Below, piece by piece: positions 29,486 through 37,838 of a stretch of DNA of 39,439 bases; the stretch's first letter is position 1; every line of letters starts with the position of its first letter. The position numbers were made by a program, and so were the translations under genes. Source of the DNA: a candidate division WOR-3 bacterium (GTDB taxonomy: Bacteria > Hydrothermota > UBA3072 > B12-G15); the NCBI GenBank assembly GCA_965649055.1, contig CBFGJG010000014.1, positions 1 to 39,439 of the forward strand, given 5' to 3'. The notes beneath the pieces are model-generated. The model had not been told where the DNA came from, made no database searches, and was given only the letters and a program-made list of their open reading frames with translations.

Positions 29486-29851
29486 TTACAGTTTCAAAAC
29501 TCTTTGAACGGCTTCAAGAACCCTTGAAGGTTGAAAGGGTTTCACAACATAATCCTTTGCTCCTGCCTGTATTGCCTCAATAACAAGTGTTTGATGCCCC
29601 ATAGCAGAAACCATTATTATTTTAGCAGAAGGGTCAATCTTTATAATACCTTTAACTGCATCTATACCACTCATATCAGGCATTATAATATCCATAGTAA
29701 CAAGGTCTGGTTTGAGCTGTGAATATTTATCAATAGCTTCCCTACCATTCTCAGCTTCTCCAACAATTTCGTATCCTTCTTTCTTCAGTATATCTCCAAG
29801 CATTTTCCTCATAAATATTGCATCATCGACTATTAAAACCCTGACAGCCAT
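29486..29851 (-). CDS. cheY: Chemotaxis response regulator CheY (Bacillus/Thermotoga type)
   Basis: VDDAIFMR, DLVTMDIIMP, SAMG, KPF; single receiver domain. Confidence 0.95.
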   Translation of the reverse strand: MAVRVLIVDDAIFMRKMLGDILKKEGYEIVGEAENGREAIDKYSQLKPDLVTMDIIMPDMSGIDAVKGIIKIDPSAKIIMVSAMGHQTLVIEAIQAGAKDYVVKPFQPSRVLEAVQRVLKL

Positions 29852-30271
29852 TTATCCTCCTTTTTCTTCTATTATTTTCTGAATATTTAGCAAAAGGAAC
29901 TTATCTTTGTCTACATTAAATACACCAGAAAGAAACTCTGGCGGGATTAGTTTTTTTAATGACTTTTGTGGAATATTAATTTCGCTTTCATCTATCTTCT
30001 TTATACCTTCAATTGTGTCAACAGTTAACCCGACCTTTTCATCACCATATTTTGTTATTACAACTATCGGGCTTTCATTTGTGCCTTCACCTTTGAATTT
30101 CTTTTTAAGATTTATCACCGCTATTATTTCACCCCTTAAATTAGCAATACCTTCAACAAATTTTGGTGCAAGTGGAACCTTTATTATTTTTAAACTTTCT
30201 ACTATCTCTACAACTTTTGAAAGTTCAATGCCGTAACCTTCATTGTTCAATTTAAAAGTTAGTATCTCCAT
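29852..30271 (-). CDS. cheW: Chemotaxis adaptor CheW
   Basis: FKLNNEGYGI..V.EI, VPLAPKFVEGIANLRGEIIAVINL, GLTVD. Confidence 0.95.
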   Translation of the reverse strand: MEILTFKLNNEGYGIELSKVVEIVESLKIIKVPLAPKFVEGIANLRGEIIAVINLKKKFKGEGTNESPIVVITKYGDEKVGLTVDTIEGIKKIDESEINIPQKSLKKLIPPEFLSGVFNVDKDKFLLLNIQKIIEEKGG

Positions 30272-30274
30272 TTT

Positions 30275-33200
30275 TCACTCCAGCCAGACGAGTTCAAATT
30301 TATTGTTTTCAAGTATATTTGGAACAAATCCTCTCACATTTTCCCTCACAAGATAAAGGTCTAATCCATGATATAAAAATATTACGGGAACATCCCTTAC
30401 AATCATCTCCTCTGCTTTTCTATAAATATCCCTCCTCACTTTTGGATTAAGTTCTCTCATTCCTTCTTCTATAAGTTTATCTACCTCTGGATTTGCATAG
30501 AAACTTGTATTACCAGGATCTCCCCTGTTCTTTGAATGGAATAATGGATAAAGGAAATTATCAGGATCACCATTATCGGATGACCATCCAAGCATATACA
30601 TTTGATGTTCTCCTTTATGGACAAGTTTTAGGAATTCCTTCCATGGATGTGTTCTAATATCTATATTAATACCAAATTTCTTAAACTGGTTTATCAGATA
30701 TTCAGCCCTTTTCATATTAGCAGCTGATGCGCTAACATCAAGAATATATGTATCTGGAAGACCATTTGGGTATCCTGCCTCTTTTAGTAATTCTTTTGCT
30801 TTATCAGGATTATAATCATATCCTTTTAAAGAGGGGTTATAACAATCAACACCAGGGGGAATAGGGCCTTTTGCAGGTGTTCCGTAACCATTATCAAGTT
30901 TCTTTAGCATATCTACCCTGTCTATCATATGGCTCATTGCCCTTCTTATCCTTACGTCAGCGAATGGCAGGTCTTCTTTTAACATATTAAAACCATAGTA
31001 TTGAAAATCCAAAGACATTTCCCTTACAAGGCATTTCTTCAAATTATCATCTTTCAGTATCCTGTCTATCTGCGTATATGATATACTTGCGATATCTACA
31101 AGATTTGCAATAAACATATCAAGTGATGTCTTCCTTCCCTCTTCATCTTTGCTTATAGTAAATTTTATTCTATCAACATAAGGTCTCCCAAATATATATT
31201 TATCAAATGCCTCAAGGATTATATGCTCACCCTTTTCCCATTCAACAAACCTGAAAGGACCTGTACCGATAGGATTATCATCGGGAGATTCTTTTAAGTC
31301 TTTTGGAATTATTGAACCACCAACAGTTGCAAGATTTGCAAACAAAGGAACATAGGTAAATTTCATATCCATTTCAAATGTATACCTGTCTATCACCCTA
31401 ACATCTTTTACAGAATCAAAGAAGAAGGCATTTGGTCCTGTCATGGTCCTCTTGTAAGAATAAACAACATCTTCCGATGTTATCTGTGAACCATTGTGTG
31501 AAAATATATTATTCTTCAGTCTGAAAGTTATTTTTTTACCATCATCAGAAATCTTCCAAAATTCGAGTAATGACGGGAAAACCCAGGTCTTGTATGCAAA
31601 TTCAAATATTCCCTTATATATCTGATGACCTATCCTACTTGATGTTGCATCTCCCATCTTAGAAGGGTCAAGGGTAACAGGGTCTGAAGCAAGATAAAGC
31701 CTCAGTGTATCTTTACCCTTTCCATTGATTATCTCTAAATTTGAAAACTGAGATTTTACATCATCAATTATCTCCTTCCCTTCATTTATCTTTCCCTGGA
31801 CATTTTTTATATCAAAAAGAGCAGTATCAAAAGAAGAAATTATGTTATCGAAATTTTTTGTTATATCTTCAATCAGGGTCTTCTGGGATATTACATTCTT
31901 TCTAAAATCATCAGAAATCTGCTCAATAAATTTCAAACTCATATTTGTCTCTGAAATAATAAGTGATGAAGATTCGAATTTTTCAATAAGATTTTTTAGC
32001 GAATTTGTAAGTTCATTAAAATTAATTGATAAAGAATTAACATCATTTTTTACTTCCCCAAGAAATTCATCAATATCAATTGATATTTTTCTGAATTGGT
32101 CTGATAGTTCTACCATCTGTTCAACGATCACATTTAGGTCTTCTCTACCAGCCCTTGCAGATTCAAGTTTTGCATAAAGGGAAAGATCCCTTAGATTCTC
32201 TGTTGCATTCTGAATAGACCTTCCTTTCTTCTTAAAGTTTGAAAACTCTTCCTGAAGATACTTATTTGTTAAAGATGCATTATCCACATATTTCAGTAGT
32301 TCCGTATCCTGCTCCTTTAACTTAATCAGAAGAGAGCTAAGTGTTTCACTTGTCCTTGTAATCTCTTTTGCACTTGAGATTATCTTATCAGATATATAAG
32401 TAAATCTACTCAATGAATCCTTTAAATTTTCAAGGACCGAGAGTTCTATCACATTTTTTATATTCTCAAAATTAATAGTCTTAAACTCATTCTCTATAAC
32501 ATTAAAAAGATAAAGAAAGTTCTGTATGTAATTTAAAAGAAATTCCTTGGAAATTCCCATATACATTTTCTTTTCGCTTGTCTCGATAAAATTGTTTATA
32601 ATATTCTTAAACACTTCATACAATGATTCTTTACTCCGGACAACCAGATTCACCCTGCTTGAGTTAAGGTAAAGATTTTCTGATAGATTTTTTATATTTA
32701 TTGTAGCATCTTCAAGAACTGACTTCGCTATGTTTTCCTTTTCACTTTCTGTTTTTAGAACATAGGCTACTTCATCGAAATTCCTGAATATATCTTTAAG
32801 ATTATCAATATCCTGTCTTAGGCTATCTGTAATTAAACCTATTTCACTTATAGGCTTTTTAAGTTCTGAAAAATTCTCTTTTAAGGCATTTGAAAAATTT
32901 CTTATTTCCTTTATTGAATTAACAATATTATTTACAATATCCATAGAACCCTGGGAGAAATTCCCGAGAAATCTCGCCACAACTTCAAAACCTTTTCCTT
33001 CTTCCCCTGAGTGATAGGCCTTTATTTCCGCATTTCTTGCAGTATTCATACTCCTTTCATTAAGTTCATACAACTTACCCATCAAACCAACTATGCCTTC
33101 ACACCTTATATTAAGTTCTTCAAGTAAATTTGTTGTATTGTTTGAAATTTCTATGAGACCGTTTATGATATCAAGTATATCCTGTAGATTTTCTATCACA

Positions 33201-33436
33201 ATATTTAACTTTTCTTTATTTTGTGTAAGATTGTTAGTTATTGATTCCTCAGTATCAAAAAATAACTTTATAGAATTGTATAGCATATTTAACTTATCTT
33301 TTATCTCTATAAGAATATTAGATATCATAGAATTATTTTCTGATATCGTATCTGAAAAATAAGTAACTGACTTTATAATATCATCTATCTTTTCTTTAAA
33401 TTTGTTAATACTTAATGTTATATCTAATTTTTCCAT
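30275..33436 (-). CDS. Soluble chemoreceptor: two tandem MCP signalling hairpins fused to a family-5 (DppA/OppA) solute-binding domain
   Basis: aa ~1-570 coiled-coil with two tip motifs (NTARNAEIKAYHSGEEGKGFEVVA; LSLYAKLESARAGREDLNVIV). aa ~575-1053 SBP_bac_5 (DPVTLDP, PIGTGPF, DVRIRRAM, YDYNPDKAKELLKEAGYPNG, GWSSDNGDPDNFL). No signal peptide or TM segment. Confidence 0.85.
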   Translation of the reverse strand: MEKLDITLSINKFKEKIDDIIKSVTYFSDTISENNSMISNILIEIKDKLNMLYNSIKLFFDTEESITNNLTQNKEKLNIVIENLQDILDIINGLIEISNNTTNLLEELNIRCEGIVGLMGKLYELNERSMNTARNAEIKAYHSGEEGKGFEVVARFLGNFSQGSMDIVNNIVNSIKEIRNFSNALKENFSELKKPISEIGLITDSLRQDIDNLKDIFRNFDEVAYVLKTESEKENIAKSVLEDATINIKNLSENLYLNSSRVNLVVRSKESLYEVFKNIINNFIETSEKKMYMGISKEFLLNYIQNFLYLFNVIENEFKTINFENIKNVIELSVLENLKDSLSRFTYISDKIISSAKEITRTSETLSSLLIKLKEQDTELLKYVDNASLTNKYLQEEFSNFKKKGRSIQNATENLRDLSLYAKLESARAGREDLNVIVEQMVELSDQFRKISIDIDEFLGEVKNDVNSLSINFNELTNSLKNLIEKFESSSLIISETNMSLKFIEQISDDFRKNVISQKTLIEDITKNFDNIISSFDTALFDIKNVQGKINEGKEIIDDVKSQFSNLEIINGKGKDTLRLYLASDPVTLDPSKMGDATSSRIGHQIYKGIFEFAYKTWVFPSLLEFWKISDDGKKITFRLKNNIFSHNGSQITSEDVVYSYKRTMTGPNAFFFDSVKDVRVIDRYTFEMDMKFTYVPLFANLATVGGSIIPKDLKESPDDNPIGTGPFRFVEWEKGEHIILEAFDKYIFGRPYVDRIKFTISKDEEGRKTSLDMFIANLVDIASISYTQIDRILKDDNLKKCLVREMSLDFQYYGFNMLKEDLPFADVRIRRAMSHMIDRVDMLKKLDNGYGTPAKGPIPPGVDCYNPSLKGYDYNPDKAKELLKEAGYPNGLPDTYILDVSASAANMKRAEYLINQFKKFGINIDIRTHPWKEFLKLVHKGEHQMYMLGWSSDNGDPDNFLYPLFHSKNRGDPGNTSFYANPEVDKLIEEGMRELNPKVRRDIYRKAEEMIVRDVPVIFLYHGLDLYLVRENVRGFVPNILENNKFELVWLE

Positions 33437-33445
33437 ATATATTTC

Positions 33446-33474
33446 AATTTACTTTACAAAAATAGTTATGTCAA
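33446..33474 (-). promoter_or_regulatory. Putative sigma70 promoter of the chemosensory operon
   Basis: TTGACA (33469-33474), 17 nt, TAAATT (33446-33451); 9 nt to the ATG, no SD. Confidence 0.55.
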
Positions 33475-33484
33475 GAAAAATTTT

Positions 33485-34108
33485 TTATTTGTTTGTTATG
33501 GTATAGTTTCTTTCAATCCTGTATACACCCGCAACGATAGAACCATTCGCTGCATTATTCAATTCCGAATAATTTAAACTTAATAGATAAAAAGTATAAT
33601 CACCGGCAAAGGTGAATATGTCAGGATATATTATTATTGAATTGGTATTCAAATATCTATCGTAAATTTTTTCAAAACCTTTATATATCAGAACCCTGTA
33701 AGCATCAGGTTCTTCACCTAAAAATGTCCAGGAGATTGTATCACCATTCTCATCTGATAAACTCAAAACACCATCAAATTGCTCAAGGTTTATACCTTTT
33801 GGTATCTTCACAGAGCAATAAACCGTTTTATATCCTTTTGCCTCAAAGGAAACATTGAACTGATTATCAGGGTAGACATAATCATTCAGGAACTTCCTTA
33901 ATGTATCAACATATATAAAAGAATAACCTGAGTCAATTGTAATAATAACATCCTTTATAAGCTTACCCTCTGAACTTTCAATATAACCTGAGAACCATCC
34001 ACCTTCTGAATTTGAATATTCAAATGAGACATATACCCAAATTTTCTTCTCGAAAATACATCCAGAAAAAGTTATAATCAAAAACAAAATTATAAATATT
34101 TTTCTCAT
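33485..34108 (-). CDS. Hypothetical lipoprotein
   Basis: MRKIFIILFLIITFSGC lipobox; beta-rich Ig/FN3-like mature part. Confidence 0.75.
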   Translation of the reverse strand: MRKIFIILFLIITFSGCIFEKKIWVYVSFEYSNSEGGWFSGYIESSEGKLIKDVIITIDSGYSFIYVDTLRKFLNDYVYPDNQFNVSFEAKGYKTVYCSVKIPKGINLEQFDGVLSLSDENGDTISWTFLGEEPDAYRVLIYKGFEKIYDRYLNTNSIIIYPDIFTFAGDYTFYLLSLNYSELNNAANGSIVAGVYRIERNYTITNK

Positions 34109-34115
34109 AAAAAAT

Positions 34116-34182
34116 ATTATAATAAATAATTTTAAAAAGTCAAATTTTTCCTTCTTGACAAATAAAAAAAATTTTATAATAT
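34116..34182. promoter_or_regulatory. Back-to-back divergent sigma70 promoters
   Basis: Minus strand: TTGACT (34138-34143), 16 nt, TATAAT (34116-34121). Plus strand: TTGACA (34155-34160), 16 nt, TAATAT (34177-34182). Confidence 0.6.
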
Positions 34183-34200
34183 ATAGATAGTTATCTATAT
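34181..34200. promoter_or_regulatory. 9-2-9 inverted repeat, probable ArsR operator
   Basis: ATATAGATA-GT-TATCTATAT lies between the -10 and the arsR start codon. Confidence 0.65.
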
Positions 34201-34483
34201 GAAAATAGAAAACATTTTTAAGGTTTTGTCATGTGAAATAAGATTAAGGATAATTGAACTACTTTCAAGTGGTTCAAAGAATGTTTCTGATATTGTAAAA
34301 ATGTTCAATCTAACTCAACCAACAGTATCACATCATCTAAGGGTTCTTGAAAAAGAAGGTATTGTAAAAAGGGAAAGACACAAGAAATGGGCTCTTTACA
34401 GTTTAAAAAATGAAATTATAGAGAAACTAAAGACATATCTTGACACAATCAATAAAGGTGTAAAAGATGAAAAAGGGAGGTAG
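34199..34483 (+). CDS. ArsR/SmtB family transcriptional regulator
   Basis: FKVLSCEIRLRIIELL...NVSDI...LTQPTVSHHLRVL...GIV...YSL. Confidence 0.93.
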   Translation: MKIENIFKVLSCEIRLRIIELLSSGSKNVSDIVKMFNLTQPTVSHHLRVLEKEGIVKRERHKKWALYSLKNEIIEKLKTYLDTINKGVKDEKGR

Positions 34484-35939
34484 TATGAGTATTGGAGGAT
34501 TGAAATCGATATTTGGAAGGACTATTCTGAATTCAACAACAAATATCATTTCTAATAACTTTTTAAGGAGAGAAATCTTAAAAGAGGTTGAACAGACAAT
34601 GTATAGGGATCTTATAAAGAAGAACCCTGACGGAAGGCCAATAAAAGTCCAGGAAGACAAATATTATGCCGGAAGGGCTCTTCTTAGGAGTATTGATAGG
34701 GCAATTGCAAAAGGTAATCTTTCAAAGAATGCAGTCCGTGGTCTTCTAAATGTCTTCTTGGGGAATGTTTTCTATAATGGTTTCTATTTCCGGAGAAAAT
34801 ATGCTGAAAAACATGGAAGAACTCCACCGCTATTTATCACAATAAGCCCTACAAAAATCTGTAATTTAAAATGTATAGGTTGTTATGCAGGAAGTGATGG
34901 CTTACATACCGAAAGGTTACCTTTTGATGTTTTCGACGAAGTTCTAAATCAGGCAAAGGAATTATGGGGTTCAAGGTTCTTTGTCATTTCAGGTGGTGAA
35001 CCACTGCTTTATAAAGATGATGGGAAGACTATATTTGACATATTCAAAAAACATAATGACTGTTATTTTCTTATGTACACAAATGGGACATTGATCGATA
35101 AAGATTGCGCAAAAAAACTTGCAGAACTGGGGAATGTAACCCCTGCAATATCCATTGAAGGTTTGAAGGAAGAAACAGATAAAAGAAGGGGTAACGGAGT
35201 ATTTGAGAAGATATTGGTTGCCTTTGAAAACCTTAGAAGTGAAGGTGTTCCATTTGGTGTATCTATAACAGCTACAAGGGATAATGTTAATACTATATTA
35301 AGTGATGAATTCTTTAATTTCTACTTCAAAGAACAGGGTGCAATATATGGATGGGTCTTCCAGTATATGCCTATTGGCAGGGGGTTTACAGTTGATCTTA
35401 TGATAACACCTGAAGAGAGGCTGAAGATGTTTAACTGGGCATGGAGGATGGTTAAAGAAGAAGAAATATTCATAATGGATTTCTGGAATTCTGCTAATGC
35501 ATCTGACGGTTGTATATCAGGTGCAAGGTCTGGTGGTTATTTTTATATAAACTGGAATGGTGATGTAATGCCCTGTGTATTTATACCTTATTCAGTTGAT
35601 AATGTTATCCAGAGATTCAAGGAAGGTAAGAATCTTAATGATATAATTGAATCTGATTTCTTTAAAGATATAAGGAAATGGCAGGATGAATATGGGTATA
35701 GAAGGAATCCGGAAGAACACGGTAACTGGCTTATCCCTTGTTTCATCAGGGACCATCATGATGTATTTATGGAAACTTTGAAGAAACATAAACCGAAACC
35801 TATAGATGAAGATGCTGACATAGCGATAAATGATGAAGATTATCATAGAAGATTAATTGAATATAACAGGAAAATGGAAGAATTGACCAAAAAAATCTGG
35901 GAGGAGAAGTATCTTGCCCCTGAAAGGAGAGATAAATGA
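34467..35939 (+). CDS. Radical SAM protein with SPASM/twitch-like C-terminal cysteines, function unknown
   Basis: CNLKCIGC (CxxxCxxC), SGGEPL, YTNGTLI, GCISG...YINWNGDVMPCVF, PCFIRDH. Alternative start 34485. Confidence 0.9.
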   Translation: MKKGGSMSIGGLKSIFGRTILNSTTNIISNNFLRREILKEVEQTMYRDLIKKNPDGRPIKVQEDKYYAGRALLRSIDRAIAKGNLSKNAVRGLLNVFLGNVFYNGFYFRRKYAEKHGRTPPLFITISPTKICNLKCIGCYAGSDGLHTERLPFDVFDEVLNQAKELWGSRFFVISGGEPLLYKDDGKTIFDIFKKHNDCYFLMYTNGTLIDKDCAKKLAELGNVTPAISIEGLKEETDKRRGNGVFEKILVAFENLRSEGVPFGVSITATRDNVNTILSDEFFNFYFKEQGAIYGWVFQYMPIGRGFTVDLMITPEERLKMFNWAWRMVKEEEIFIMDFWNSANASDGCISGARSGGYFYINWNGDVMPCVFIPYSVDNVIQRFKEGKNLNDIIESDFFKDIRKWQDEYGYRRNPEEHGNWLIPCFIRDHHDVFMETLKKHKPKPIDEDADIAINDEDYHRRLIEYNRKMEELTKKIWEEKYLAPERRDK

Positions 35940-36637
35940 TATTTTTCTTATTATCATTAAACCTCATACCTGTTTTGAATGAGATAGACTCAATCTATCA
36001 GGAAAGTTATCTTGACAGCTCATTATACAATAAGGCATCTTCTATGTTAGACTCCCTTTACAGGCTTTATCCTGAAAATATCGAGGTTTTATGGAGGAAA
36101 TCATATTTTTGTTACCTTAAAGGTGACGCTGCCAGGACAAAAGATGAGAAATTGAAATACTTCAAAGAAGGTCAGGAACTTGGAAAGAAAGGTATACAGA
36201 TTGATAGTATGCATCCGGAAGTCCACTATTGGTATGCGGTTAACAGGGCAAAGGAAGGAGAGGTTAAAGGTGTTCTAAATTCTTTATTTATGGTTGAAGA
36301 ACTGAAAAAAGAAGGTAATTTAGTCCTTGAACTTGACCCTAAACACGCAGGTGCTTATGTTTTGCTTGGTTCAATATACAATGCATTACCTTCTTTTGCA
36401 GGTGGTGATAAAAATAAGGCAATTGAATATCTGAAGAAGGCTATCCAGTATGATCCAACATACAATGCTGCTTATATGACACTTGCAGAGATCTATATAA
36501 ATAATAAAAAATACAGTGAAGCAAGGGAATTATTAAAGAATTTTGTGAATCTTAAAAATCCAAGGGATAAAAGGCTTTTCTATCTAAATGATAAAAAGAA
36601 AGCAGAGGAAATGTTAAAGAAGATAGAAGGGAAATAA
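35936..36637 (+). CDS. Exported TPR protein, RMDN/TatT-like
   Basis: EVLWRKS, HYWYAV, LELDP..AGAYVLLG.IY..LP.FAGGDKNKA.EYL.KA; short hydrophobic N-terminus. Confidence 0.7.
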   Translation: MIFFLLSLNLIPVLNEIDSIYQESYLDSSLYNKASSMLDSLYRLYPENIEVLWRKSYFCYLKGDAARTKDEKLKYFKEGQELGKKGIQIDSMHPEVHYWYAVNRAKEGEVKGVLNSLFMVEELKKEGNLVLELDPKHAGAYVLLGSIYNALPSFAGGDKNKAIEYLKKAIQYDPTYNAAYMTLAEIYINNKKYSEARELLKNFVNLKNPRDKRLFYLNDKKKAEEMLKKIEGK

Positions 36638-36638
36638 T

Positions 36639-37838
36639 ATGGATACAATTGATTTAATAAAAAATCTTGTTAAGGAAAAAGGTGGAAAGATAATATTAGT
36701 AGTCCTTGATGGACTGGGTGGATTGCCTATAAATGGAAAAACCGAACTTGCATCTGCACATAAACCGAATATAGACAATCTTCTAAAAGATAGTTCCTGT
36801 GGTCTTATTACACCAGTTTTACCAGGATTAACCCCAGGAAGTGGCCCGGGACATCTTGCATTGTTCGGATACAACCCTTTAAAGTTCGATATAGGGAGGG
36901 GAATACTTGAGGCACTTGGTGTTGATATGGAGGTCCTGCCGGGTGATATAACAGCAAGGGGTAATTTCTGCACTATCAAAGATGGAATAGTTGTTGATAG
37001 AAGGGCAGGAAGGATACCTGATGAAAAAAATAGAGAACTTATTGGACTTCTCTCATCAAGGATAAAGGAGATTGATGGGGTAAAGGTTATTTTAAAATCA
37101 GGAAAAGAACACAGATTTGTCCTGCTTTTTAGAGGGAACCTTAAAGGTTCTTGCACTGATACAGACCCGCACCTTGAAGGAAACCCTGTTCTTGAATCAA
37201 AACCATTGAATGATGGAGAAAGACTTGCCGGGATTGTAAACAAGTTTACCAGATCTGCTATTGAAGTCCTTAAAGATTCATACCCTGCAAATGGTGTATT
37301 AATCAGAGGGATTACAGGTGCACCTGATATTCCACAATTCCCTGAAATTTACAAGATGCGCTCAATTGCAATAGCAACTTATCCTATGTATAGGGGCATT
37401 GCTAAACTACTCGGAATGGATATAGCAAGTTTTGATGGACAGGATATAAAAGATGAGATAAATGAGTTAAAAAACAAATATGAAGATTATGATTTTTTCT
37501 TCGTTCATATAAAGAAAACGGATTCTTACGGAGAAGATGGAAATTTTGATGAAAAGGTAAAAGTTATTGAAAGATTTGATGAATTTATCCCTGAGATACT
37601 GTCATTAAAACCGGATGTCCTTGCAATTACAGGAGACCATTCAACACCTTCAAAATATCATGCACATTCTTGGCATCCTGTCCCGATTTTGATTCATTCA
37701 AAATGGACAAGAAGGCATAATGCTACATCTTTTAACGAAACTGAGTGCCTTAAAGGTGATTTAGGGATATTTGAAGCAAGGTATATAATGCCAATACTAT
37801 TATCAAATGCTGGCAGGCTTGACAAGTTTGGAGCATGA
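36639..37838 (+). CDS. apgM: 2,3-bisphosphoglycerate-independent phosphoglycerate mutase, archaeal (ApgM) type
   Basis: LDGLGG, TELASAHKPNID, PGSGPGHLALFGY, DRRAGRI, HIKKTDSYGEDG, TGDHSTP, HSWHPVP. Confidence 0.92.
   Translation: MDTIDLIKNLVKEKGGKIILVVLDGLGGLPINGKTELASAHKPNIDNLLKDSSCGLITPVLPGLTPGSGPGHLALFGYNPLKFDIGRGILEALGVDMEVLPGDITARGNFCTIKDGIVVDRRAGRIPDEKNRELIGLLSSRIKEIDGVKVILKSGKEHRFVLLFRGNLKGSCTDTDPHLEGNPVLESKPLNDGERLAGIVNKFTRSAIEVLKDSYPANGVLIRGITGAPDIPQFPEIYKMRSIAIATYPMYRGIAKLLGMDIASFDGQDIKDEINELKNKYEDYDFFFVHIKKTDSYGEDGNFDEKVKVIERFDEFIPEILSLKPDVLAITGDHSTPSKYHAHSWHPVPILIHSKWTRRHNATSFNETECLKGDLGIFEARYIMPILLSNAGRLDKFGA

Noticed and set aside
30275..31714. Stand-alone ABC transporter peptide-binding protein
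   Set aside because: Continuous frame with the MCP region; no internal signal peptide or lipobox and no permease/ATPase genes.
12473..33858. Numerous 60-143 aa plus-strand ORFs in the track
   Set aside because: All lie antisense to clearly recognisable minus-strand genes and show typical antisense composition.
36614..37243. 209-aa minus-strand ORF
   Set aside because: Entirely antisense to the well-supported apgM; Ser/Pro-rich shadow translation with no recognisable motif.
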